From: a virus
Lineage: Duplodnaviria > Caudoviricetes
Direction: 5' to 3' (one strand)
Length of the DNA: 64,000 nucleotides
IMG/VR virus record: IMGVR_UViG_3300048024_000800
Coordinates: 10,952 to 74,951 of that record
The notes below the pieces were generated by a model that worked only from the letters and a program-made list of their open reading frames with translations, searched no databases and was not told the origin of the DNA. The stretch's first letter is position 1, and each line of letters starts with the position of its first letter. Shown here piece after piece: positions 1 to 9,036 of this stretch. Both the position numbers and the translations under genes were made by a program.

Positions 1-2
1 AC

Positions 3-3000
3 GGTAATACGGCCCCGCTGGAGGCAGCTGTTCAGGCGGCTGTAAACAGAATTCGCAAGACTCCAATCAAGGTAACTGTTGACGATAAGGGCGCTACTCA
101 GCCCTTGGGCAATATGAAGCGGGGCGCTGATGAGTTTAGCAAATCGATGGAAGCTGCGAACGCTCGTATTATAGCTTTTGGAGCAAGTATGGCGATTATA
201 AATGGAATTTCTGACGCATTCAAAGCTATGGTCACCAATGTCGTTCAGGTAGAAAAAGCTTTGGCAGATATTAATGTTGTGATGGGTTTAAGTTTGGCTA
301 ACTTGGATAAGTTTTCAGACTCTTTATTTAAGGTGGCGAAGGAAACTGCTGCAAGTTTTGATGTAGCTGCTGCAGCAGCCACGGAATATGCACGTCAAGG
401 TTTAGCTGTTGAGGAAACCTTGAAAAGAACCAAGGACGCTTTAATCTTGACTCGATTAACAGGCATGGACTCTGCAAATGCAGTTAAAGCTTTAACTGCC
501 GCGATGAATACATACGGAGATCAAATAAAAGATACTACTCAATTGGTTAGTAAGTTTGCCGCAGTAGACGTTAAGTTTGCGGTTAGCGCGGAAGACTTTG
601 CTGATGCAATATCTCGTACTGGTCAGGCTGCAAAAAGTGCTGGAGTAGATATTGATGAGTTGGTGGGTCTGGTTACTGCAGCGCAGCAGCAAACTGCTAG
701 AGGTGGTAAAGTAATCGGAAACTCGTTTAAAACAATTTTCACGAGAATAGGAAGAACTGATACATTAAATCAATTAGAAAACTTGGGCATTGCTGTTCGA
801 GATGTCGAAGGAAATACAATCGGCGCAAAAAGAATTTTGACTGATCTTGCAAATACGTTTGACTCTTTGACCGAGTCGCAAAAAGCTCAAATTGCACAAA
901 CAGTTGGTGGAGTTTTTCAAATCAATGTTCTTAAGGCTGTATTAAGTGATGCCGCGAAACAAAACGGAATTCTTGCGAACGCAACACAAATTTCTGCAGG
1001 GGCTACGGATGAAGCTATACAAAAGAATGAACAACTAAGAAGCACAATGTCTGCAATGGCTAGCGAAACAGGTCTCGCGCTTAAAGAAGTTTCTGCTAAA
1101 ATAGGGGAGCTCGCGATAGCTCCTGGAATGGAAAAGATTTTAAATATCGTTAAAGGTTTTGCGGAAGGAGCTTCTGATATGCTTGGAGATGGAGAGTCTT
1201 CTGGAAATAAATTTGCTACAGGTTTTTTAAAAGGACTCGGTAATATTATTACTGGTCCGGGATTGGTTGTTATCGTTGCCGTGTTTGGCAAACTATTTTT
1301 GAAAGCGGCTCAGTATGCTCGAGAAAGTTTGGGCTCGTTGATTGGTGTTACGAGTGAAGCTCAAAAACAAAAAGCTATACAAACTTCTTTGGTCACTTTA
1401 TTTGGTCAGAACGCAGCTCTTAGCAAGGAAATGTTGCGCACCGATATCTCTCGAACAGAAAAGGAAAGAATAATTCTTGGATTGCTTAAAGCTCAGGTAG
1501 TGGAAGCTAATGCTTTAAACACTATCGCGAGAAGTTCTGCAGCTAATTTGTATCAAAAAGGTTACGGATCTAATCTTGCTCCCAGAGCAAAACCTCGCCG
1601 TACAAGCGCGCAAGGTTATATACCTAATTATGTAGACGCTGAGCGCCAGCAAGCCGCACAAGGTGGGTATGCTGCTGGAAGTATTCGCAGTATGAACATG
1701 CCTGGCGAAGGCTCGGTGATATACAACAGTGCAGAAAAAGTAAAGAATTTTAAAGGTATGAGTCAGCCCGCGATTATGCCTCCAAAGTCAAGTAAAGCTG
1801 GAGAAAATTATCAACAAGCATTTGGCAGTATACATGGATTTGATCCATATGCTGCAGGAGGATATATACCGAATTTTGCGAAAAAAACCGCATCTAAAAC
1901 TTCTGATATTCCACGAAATCTTAATTCTAAAAAACTGGGAGATCTGAATAAAGATTCTTCTTTAATTTTATTAACCGCTGACTCTTCTGCTGATAGCGAG
2001 TCGAGGTTCTTTGTGGGAAAAGACCCTAAGGGTGGGACAAAAATTTTAAACACTGCAGATCTAGCTTCAAAGAGGACTACGGGTTATTACCAAGTAGATG
2101 TTCCGTATTATTCTCTAGATAAAAACGACAAAAGTAGGAAAAGTAAAATAGACTTACCCTCGATACAAAAGGCAATTACTGCTGCAGCATCAGGCAAAGC
2201 TCTTGATATAGCCAAGCAAATTGTCGGGGGAGAGAAGAATTTAAAACCTTTTAATAGAGAACAAATTAAAGAAACATTTAATAAAGGCGCTTTTAAGGGC
2301 GCCGCTGGTAGCGCATTCGAGAGTGCAATAGCTGCAGCCCTTGACTCTTATTTGTTTCAAGATTATAAAGCAAGAACTGATACATCTGCTATAGATTTAC
2401 CTTATGACCCTAAGGTGTTTCAGTATTTTGGAGCTCCTCCTGGTGCTGGGAAAATGGGGGCAGAGGTAAAAGCTGATCTAGCTAACAATTTGCAACAAGG
2501 TGCCGCCAATAAGTTTTATCAGGTTTTAGCGGGGGGTCGTGCGGCATGGCAATATAAGGATAAAAATTTTAAGGACCAAATGAGGGGGCCGGCTGAAGAT
2601 GCAGGTTTGGAAAGAAGGGGGGGCGCTTATTTTAAGAAAGGTAGGGCTTACGGTCATATTCCAAACTTCGCCGCAGCGCGACTAGCTCTCACGGGTGGAT
2701 TGGTTGGAAAAAACAAATTTGGCAATATAGATCGCAGGCAGATGACAAGACTAGTAAGATCTAATCCTTACTTCAACGGCTTGATGAATGAACATCTTAC
2801 ATGGGACAGTTTTCCGAAAAAAGATAAGCGTAAATTAAGCAGGTGGCTACTCAAACAAGGGGTGTCTAACCGAGCCTTACAAGCGTATGGTCTTGCAAGC
2901 ATGCATTCAAAATCGATCGGAGAGGGAATCTCAAACTTAGCTATGGCGAAAGGCTATATTCCTAACTTTGCTGACCCATTATCTGATGCGATAGGTAGGG

Positions 3001-6000
3001 AAAAAGAGGCTGGAGTTCCTGTTTCAAAAATAAGAATTGGCTCTCATTCAGCGCTAATGAATAAAAGCAATCCGATTGGTCTGGGCGTAACCAATACAGA
3101 CGATGAACCAAATGGATTGCGAGATGTATTTGGAGCTGCTAATGGATATGTGCCGAATTATTTTAATCCATGGGAGCGCTTAAAAAGTTCGGTAAAGAAT
3201 AGCGATTTTGGAAAAAGCTGGGATAAGGCTACGGCGCAGCACACCAAAGAAATACAAAGATTAAACGCCAGAATCAAACAAAGAGAGCAAGCTTTAAGCA
3301 AGCATAATCAAGAGTTATCAGCACTCACTAAGGGGACTAGTGAGTATAACGCAGTTCAGAGAAAAATAAGAGACACCACCAAAAATTTAAATAAAGCTAC
3401 GCAAAAAAAGACTGCCCTCCTAAACTCTCCTGCGCCTGGCGTCGGGGGCAAGATGGGTAGATTTAGTCAAGGTCTCGGAAAAGCTTTTTCTGGAAATTCA
3501 GGCATGATGATGATGATGGGAGCTCCTATGGCGGCAGGGTTTCTTCAGCAAGGGGGGATGGGTGCACAGGGAGGAAATCAAAATATGTACGCTGCAGGTG
3601 GAGCCTTAAGCGGTGCCGCTTCCGGAGCTATGATGGCAAGCATGATAGCCCCAATGTTTGGACCTGGAGCTCCTTTAGTTATAGGTATTGGTGGACTAAT
3701 TGGAGGACTTGAGGGCTTAGCGGCTGCAAATGAAGAAAATACAAAAGCATTAAAAGAAGTCGAGAAAGAAAGAAGGCAGCAGGTTGTATCTTCTTTTGTA
3801 GGTGCAGATCCTAAGTTCATGCAAAAATTTTCCAAGAACATATTTAAAGACCTGAGCCCAGAAGACAAATCAGTCATGAGAATGGCAGCGCCTGAGTTTA
3901 CAGCCACTAAACCCCCCGATGTTAGCGAAAAAGACATATTTACGAGAAGCGCAGTTAACCCAATAGCTAAAATGAAAATTCCTTTTTTGTCTCCGCTGTT
4001 TTCTCCAAGCGACGAAGAAAGAGCGCAAGCTACGGAATATAGAGAACAGATGGATGAACAAAAGCAATTTCAAAAATACCAAAAATACCAAGTTAGCAAT
4101 ATGAGAAAAGCTTTGGGGTCTATGGGGGATGAAGAATTTTTGTTGCCAAATTATCAAAAAAATAAGCAAGGTAAAATACAAACAAAAGGGCAACCCGAGT
4201 TAAAAAAAGCTTCTGCATATCTAGAAAATTTAGAAAACATAGGGTTTTTTGAGGTAAAAGATACTGGTGACGTAGCGAGGGTTGAAGCTCTTCGGTCAAA
4301 GTTATACGAAATCTACCAAAGCAATCTAACCCAGCAAGAAAAAGCCTTAATTCTTCAATTAAACTTTCAGCGAGTGATGTTAAAATCCCAAAAAGCTGCC
4401 GCGGATACTCAATTAGATATAAAAAGTAAATATCTAAAACAATCTAATTTATTAGATTCTCAAGAAAAGATTCTCGGTGGTTTGATAAGCGAAGAGCAAA
4501 AAGTTAGAATTCAATACAATAAAAATTTAACAAAAGCTTCTGAGGCGTATGCTAGTGGAGCTGCCAAGGCGGAATCTGATTTTTCTATGGGCCTGCTTCA
4601 AGATATTCAGGGACAAGGTAGGGATAGCCTTAGATCTGCAATAAAGCAAGAGTTGTTTAATCGGATGACCAACGAAGAACAGCGTGGAAAGGGAACCGCA
4701 GAGAGTATTTCAAATGTCGAACTCTCTGGAGAATTAGCCGCAATGTCATCTAAGGAAAAAGAAGAATTTTTAACGAGCTTAAAAAATAAAAATAAGGGGC
4801 TCGATAACGAAATTAATGAAATACTAGGCAATAGACAATTAATATATGATAACCAAATAAACACCCTAGAAAAACAAAAAACTCTTTCTGATGGTCAGAG
4901 CCTGTCTCAAAAAAATCTCAATGAAAAAATTGCTAAACAAAAAGACCTAATGGTTGATGTTAACAGGGAGATGCAAGCTTACATCCGTGGGTTAGATAAT
5001 GCTGCTCAATCCAGGGTAATAGCTTCTGAAATTACCGCTGCTAGATTTGGAGCTAGACCTCAAACACAAGAAGCAACTTTTGCGGAGCAACAAAGATTGG
5101 TCAAGGAAAGACAGCAAGGTATTCGCGAATCATATACAAAAAGCGCAGTTTCAGAAATGCAAAAACTGGCAACTGATAAAGGTTTAACTAAGGAGCAAAG
5201 ATTGGAAATTGCTGCTGACCCATCAAAATTAAAAGGTATGTCTTCAGCGGCTATTGACTCTATGGAGAAAAGCTTTAAATCAAGAGGAGGGTCGAGGAAA
5301 ACTACAATGCTAGATCAATTAATAAAAAATAGCCCTACTGACACGGAAGACCAAAAAAAATTAAAAATTTCAAGAAAACAGGAATTGGATGAATTAAAAA
5401 CCCTTGAACAATCAATTACTGACGCAAAAGCTCAAACATCCAAACAAGAAGACGATATTATTGCCAAGCTTGAAGAGCAAAAAAATAAAGTTGAAGAAAG
5501 AATATCAAAAGAAAAAATATTGCAAGAAATAAGAGAAAAAGAATACACCCGAAGAACTGGCCCAGGTGCTTTCGGAGAGGGCGTTAAGGATGCTGGGATA
5601 GATATGGAAAAGCGGGTCGCTATGATGGACTACGAGCTTGGAACAAGGCTTCCTCAAACATTTGCTAATGGTTTGTCTGGAGCGTTCATTGAGGCGATCA
5701 ATGGAGCCAAGGACTTGGACGACGCGCTCAGAGACGCTGGCTTGAATTTCTTGAAGATGATTCAAGAAGCCATGATGCAAAAAATGGTCATGCAAATGAT
5801 GGGAGGCTTGGGATTTTCGCAAGGAGGTAATGTCCGCAATTACTCGAAGGGCGGAAATGTTCCCGCAAGAGTTTCGAATGGAGAATATTTAATGAGTCGA
5901 GAGGCTGTAAATAAATACGGCGGATCATTTATGCATGGATTGAACGCCCGAGGAAAAGCTCCTGGATTTTCTTCTGGAGGAAGAACTATTCAGCCAGGAT

Positions 6001-6995
6001 CCGCACTGGCTGCTAATTTTGGCGGAGCCGAAGGTTATAAATCCGGAAAAAGGTACCAATCTCAAGCAATGTCTTCATTTTTTTATAGCGGACAATCCGG
6101 CAATCCTGGACTGCGGGAGGACACCGACGAAATGAGTAAAATATTGGCAGAAAGAGAGCAAGCAAGGTTGAGAGCTGAGGCTGAGGCAAAAGCAAAAAAA
6201 CAAGAAAAAAGAGCCATGTGGGGCATGCTTGCCGGAATTGTCGCGACCTCAGCGGCGAGCTCATTAATGGATCATTTCTCTAGTTCAAACTTAACTGCAG
6301 ACGCAAAGGCTGATGGTTATACTGTAGACACTCCTTCTGGGGTTAGGTCTGCCACAAAAGATGGTTACCAATACAGTCTTCTGCCTGGCGCTAGCGACAA
6401 AGGATTTGATAATGTTTCTAAAACCAGAAGCTGGAACCCTTTTAGCTGGGGAGGTTCTGGAGCTGGAGCCAGCATAAATGAAAGGCAATTTCAATTTAAT
6501 GATTTTCAGGCTTCTCCGAATTATGGCGTTCCCCCCGACCCGTTCGGCTATAAGGACCCTAGGCTTGCGTATTTTGGTGGAAAAATAGGTAACTACGCAA
6601 ATGGCGGACCTATTTCTGGGAAATCTGGAATCGATCAAATTCCTGCGATGCTTAGCGAGGGCGAGTATGTCGTTAAAGCTAGTAGTGCGAGACAGATTGG
6701 TAGGCCAATGCTTGACCAAATAAATGCAGGAAAGTTTTATGATGGAGGGCAAGTATCTACTTTAAGCCAGAACTCGGAATCTTCCGTATCTGAGGGTAAT
6801 ACAAATAATATAAATATTTCCGTAAATATAGAAAATGGAACAGTAAAAGAATCTAATGAAAACTCAAAGGATCAGGATTCGAAAAATCAGGATTCTAGTA
6901 GTGAGTCTAAGATCGCCCAAAAAATTAAACAACAAGTAGTTGCTGTAATAATAGAAGAACAAAGGATTGGGGGTCTTTTAAACAAGTCTAAATGA
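3..6995 (+). CDS. Tail tape measure protein, TP901-type core (5' end lies upstream of the window; frame is open from base 3)
   Basis: Ala/Gly-rich helical N-terminal core typical of TP901-family TMPs (ATEYARQG, LTRLTGMD, AVDVKFAVSAEDFADAISRTG, IGNSFKTIFTRI); hydrophobic segments; long coiled coils; C-terminal [FY]xxGG...GEY motifs; upstream of tail-tip genes. The frame reads GNTAPLEAAVQAAVNRIRK... without a stop before the called TTG at 105. Confidence 0.93.
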   Translation, partial: GNTAPLEAAVQAAVNRIRKTPIKVTVDDKGATQPLGNMKRGADEFSKSMEAANARIIAFGASMAIINGISDAFKAMVTNVVQVEKALADINVVMGLSLANLDKFSDSLFKVAKETAASFDVAAAAATEYARQGLAVEETLKRTKDALILTRLTGMDSANAVKALTAAMNTYGDQIKDTTQLVSKFAAVDVKFAVSAEDFADAISRTGQAAKSAGVDIDELVGLVTAAQQQTARGGKVIGNSFKTIFTRIGRTDTLNQLENLGIAVRDVEGNTIGAKRILTDLANTFDSLTESQKAQIAQTVGGVFQINVLKAVLSDAAKQNGILANATQISAGATDEAIQKNEQLRSTMSAMASETGLALKEVSAKIGELAIAPGMEKILNIVKGFAEGASDMLGDGESSGNKFATGFLKGLGNIITGPGLVVIVAVFGKLFLKAAQYARESLGSLIGVTSEAQKQKAIQTSLVTLFGQNAALSKEMLRTDISRTEKERIILGLLKAQVVEANALNTIARSSAANLYQKGYGSNLAPRAKPRRTSAQGYIPNYVDAERQQAAQGGYAAGSIRSMNMPGEGSVIYNSAEKVKNFKGMSQPAIMPPKSSKAGENYQQAFGSIHGFDPYAAGGYIPNFAKKTASKTSDIPRNLNSKKLGDLNKDSSLILLTADSSADSESRFFVGKDPKGGTKILNTADLASKRTTGYYQVDVPYYSLDKNDKSRKSKIDLPSIQKAITAAASGKALDIAKQIVGGEKNLKPFNREQIKETFNKGAFKGAAGSAFESAIAAALDSYLFQDYKARTDTSAIDLPYDPKVFQYFGAPPGAGKMGAEVKADLANNLQQGAANKFYQVLAGGRAAWQYKDKNFKDQMRGPAEDAGLERRGGAYFKKGRAYGHIPNFAAARLALTGGLVGKNKFGNIDRRQMTRLVRSNPYFNGLMNEHLTWDSFPKKDKRKLSRWLLKQGVSNRALQAYGLASMHSKSIGEGISNLAMAKGYIPNFADPLSDAIGREKEAGVPVSKIRIGSHSALMNKSNPIGLGVTNTDDEPNGLRDVFGAANGYVPNYFNPWERLKSSVKNSDFGKSWDKATAQHTKEIQRLNARIKQREQALSKHNQELSALTKGTSEYNAVQRKIRDTTKNLNKATQKKTALLNSPAPGVGGKMGRFSQGLGKAFSGNSGMMMMMGAPMAAGFLQQGGMGAQGGNQNMYAAGGALSGAASGAMMASMIAPMFGPGAPLVIGIGGLIGGLEGLAAANEENTKALKEVEKERRQQVVSSFVGADPKFMQKFSKNIFKDLSPEDKSVMRMAAPEFTATKPPDVSEKDIFTRSAVNPIAKMKIPFLSPLFSPSDEERAQATEYREQMDEQKQFQKYQKYQVSNMRKALGSMGDEEFLLPNYQKNKQGKIQTKGQPELKKASAYLENLENIGFFEVKDTGDVARVEALRSKLYEIYQSNLTQQEKALILQLNFQRVMLKSQKAAADTQLDIKSKYLKQSNLLDSQEKILGGLISEEQKVRIQYNKNLTKASEAYASGAAKAESDFSMGLLQDIQGQGRDSLRSAIKQELFNRMTNEEQRGKGTAESISNVELSGELAAMSSKEKEEFLTSLKNKNKGLDNEINEILGNRQLIYDNQINTLEKQKTLSDGQSLSQKNLNEKIAKQKDLMVDVNREMQAYIRGLDNAAQSRVIASEITAARFGARPQTQEATFAEQQRLVKERQQGIRESYTKSAVSEMQKLATDKGLTKEQRLEIAADPSKLKGMSSAAIDSMEKSFKSRGGSRKTTMLDQLIKNSPTDTEDQKKLKISRKQELDELKTLEQSITDAKAQTSKQEDDIIAKLEEQKNKVEERISKEKILQEIREKEYTRRTGPGAFGEGVKDAGIDMEKRVAMMDYELGTRLPQTFANGLSGAFIEAINGAKDLDDALRDAGLNFLKMIQEAMMQKMVMQMMGGLGFSQGGNVRNYSKGGNVPARVSNGEYLMSREAVNKYGGSFMHGLNARGKAPGFSSGGRTIQPGSALAANFGGAEGYKSGKRYQSQAMSSFFYSGQSGNPGLREDTDEMSKILAEREQARLRAEAEAKAKKQEKRAMWGMLAGIVATSAASSLMDHFSSSNLTADAKADGYTVDTPSGVRSATKDGYQYSLLPGASDKGFDNVSKTRSWNPFSWGGSGAGASINERQFQFNDFQASPNYGVPPDPFGYKDPRLAYFGGKIGNYANGGPISGKSGIDQIPAMLSEGEYVVKASSARQIGRPMLDQINAGKFYDGGQVSTLSQNSESSVSEGNTNNINISVNIENGTVKESNENSKDQDSKNQDSSSESKIAQKIKQQVVAVIIEEQRIGGLLNKSK

Positions 6996-8122
6996 GTTTC
7001 TCTAATTACCAACAAACCGTAATAATAAACGGAATATCTTTATCTGGGGTTCAAGATGTTAACGGAAGTTATGGAATCAATGAAAAGCCTGTTCGTGTTG
7101 CAGGGGCTGGATTTGTTGACGCTTTAATAGATTCTCCGCTAGAAGGAAACTTTTCGATTTCAAGAAAAATGGTAAGCCGGGACCCTCTTCTCTCTTCCAA
7201 TGTTATTGGCTCCTACGATTTTGATGAAGAAGAAATTAGCGGGGCTATACTTTATGATGAAGCTAGCAAGGGGTTCGGGTTTACTAAAGGTAGGGTTTCC
7301 AGGTATTCTGTTTCTTGTTCTGTTGGAGATATTCCGTCTATCGAGACCGATATTATTGTGTTTGGGTCGTTGGGAAAAAATGTTCTATCTGAAACTCGTT
7401 TCGAAATTAATGAGTCTTTTGCAAATTATCCATTTGGGGGCGATGATGTCTATTTCTTGGATTCTAATGGAAATCTTCTTGATGGTTCAAATTCAGAGAA
7501 TTTAAAAACTAAATGGGATGGCGGATCTTTAGTCGTCAGTCAAAGTGATTATAATTCTCTACCTTCTAACTCTCGCATATTCGACGATGGTGATGTTTTG
7601 GGTTTGGGCAGAAACGCATTCTCTTCGCAAGTTTCCTATGAGGGAGCTATAAACAAAGAGCATCCACCAATACAATTTTGCGATCAATCTAGTATTAAGG
7701 TCAGTGTTAGTGATTTTGAAATAGATGCTGTCAGTGATTTTAGTTTTAGCAGGACAATAAACTTATCACCGATTTATGCAATACATCAAGGAAACGACCA
7801 AGAGTGGGATGAGGGCAAACTTAGTTTTCCTAACCTAGAGCCTGTTCAGATAGATACTCAATATCCGATTGAGACAGATATAAATTTCACGATGATCGTT
7901 CAGTCTTATCAAATAAGAGAAATTAGGGAAAGAATACAGTCTGCCCCAAAAAGCGATGTATCTATTCAAATAAGGGATTCAAAGACCGATCAAATAATCA
8001 ACTCTCTGGTCGGAAGAAACGTAAGACTTACAAGTGAATCTCTCACTTCGAATACAGAGCAGGAGATGTCCATATCTTTAACCTATAAAGGTTATGAAAC
8101 CTCTCACAATCCCGTAATATGA
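6992..8122 (+). CDS. Putative tail tube-fold/tail-tip hub protein with an inserted ~70-aa module
   Basis: ATGA-coupled to the TMP; alternating beta-strand pattern in two similar halves (INGISLSGVQDVNGSY.. / FEIDAVSDFSFSRTINL..); position between TMP and gpM. Confidence 0.5.
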   Translation: MSFSNYQQTVIINGISLSGVQDVNGSYGINEKPVRVAGAGFVDALIDSPLEGNFSISRKMVSRDPLLSSNVIGSYDFDEEEISGAILYDEASKGFGFTKGRVSRYSVSCSVGDIPSIETDIIVFGSLGKNVLSETRFEINESFANYPFGGDDVYFLDSNGNLLDGSNSENLKTKWDGGSLVVSQSDYNSLPSNSRIFDDGDVLGLGRNAFSSQVSYEGAINKEHPPIQFCDQSSIKVSVSDFEIDAVSDFSFSRTINLSPIYAIHQGNDQEWDEGKLSFPNLEPVQIDTQYPIETDINFTMIVQSYQIREIRERIQSAPKSDVSIQIRDSKTDQIINSLVGRNVRLTSESLTSNTEQEMSISLTYKGYETSHNPVI

Positions 8123-9036
8123 GTAATCCGTTTTTAAGGTTCGAAGATGGAAAAATTTCCTTAGGAGGTAAAGACTTATTGGTTTCATCTGCGAACCTTT
8201 CTATTTCTCCATCTTTTCAGGTAGAGAGGGTTTACGGGGATTATGATCCCGACCTGGTTGGAGCTAAGACAGAATTTATTAATTTCGCCCCAATGACCGG
8301 ACTTAATGGAAAATTGGATATTTCGTTTTACATCTCCGCCGAATCTTTTAATCGAGAAGGAGGTATTAATTCTATCGAAAGACTGTTTGAAATAAAAGGC
8401 GGAATGTCTGAGGATCCTATACATTCAAATGTTGTTGGTAGATATTCTTTCGACAATATGTATTTAACTTCTTTTAGTTTTGAGCTTCAACCTTTTAAAA
8501 TTGTTAAGGCTAGCGCTTCGTATATTATATATGGTTCAATCAGAAAGAATCCTAGCCGAAGATTTGTTCAGTTGGGAGCTAATTTTGCTCATGGGTTAAA
8601 ATCTTTCGGGCAAATAAAAATTGGAGGCGCTGCAGTTAACCCTTCTTCCTCTGAGAAGTTTGAAATTAATAGTTTGAATTATAAAATAATCGTGGATAGA
8701 AAGCTACATACTAAGATAAGAGAATCTGAAAATACGAGTATTAATACTTTTCCCGACGGGGTCTTGCCTTATAGAGTTTCAGTTGAAAGCATCGAGTCTG
8801 AAATGAATGTGCAATGTAATGATATTGTCTCAAGCTTGAATTCTTACGGAGATCAGCAGCTGGGGAGCTCTCCCGAAGGGCTGCAAGATTCTGAAATTTG
8901 CGCCTTTTTGTACTCTGCAAAAGGGGAGAGGGTCGCTAAATTTTCCTCAAGGGGTAAGATTCAGTCAGAGTCTATTTCTATAACTGAAGGATCAAACGCT
9001 TCTTGCAATATATATATTAAGGAAATTATAAAGTAA
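8119..9036 (+). CDS. Putative tail tube-fold/baseplate hub protein
   Basis: Overlap-coupled within the tail operon; beta-rich pattern (ANLSISPSFQVERVYG, MYLTSFSFELQP) resembling the preceding gene. Confidence 0.45.
   Translation: MSNPFLRFEDGKISLGGKDLLVSSANLSISPSFQVERVYGDYDPDLVGAKTEFINFAPMTGLNGKLDISFYISAESFNREGGINSIERLFEIKGGMSEDPIHSNVVGRYSFDNMYLTSFSFELQPFKIVKASASYIIYGSIRKNPSRRFVQLGANFAHGLKSFGQIKIGGAAVNPSSSEKFEINSLNYKIIVDRKLHTKIRESENTSINTFPDGVLPYRVSVESIESEMNVQCNDIVSSLNSYGDQQLGSSPEGLQDSEICAFLYSAKGERVAKFSSRGKIQSESISITEGSNASCNIYIKEIIK

Noticed and set aside
3504-3518. (ATG)5 microsatellite in the TMP
   Set aside because: In-frame poly-Met within a Gly/Ala/Met-rich hydrophobic segment; a triplet repeat cannot cause phase variation.
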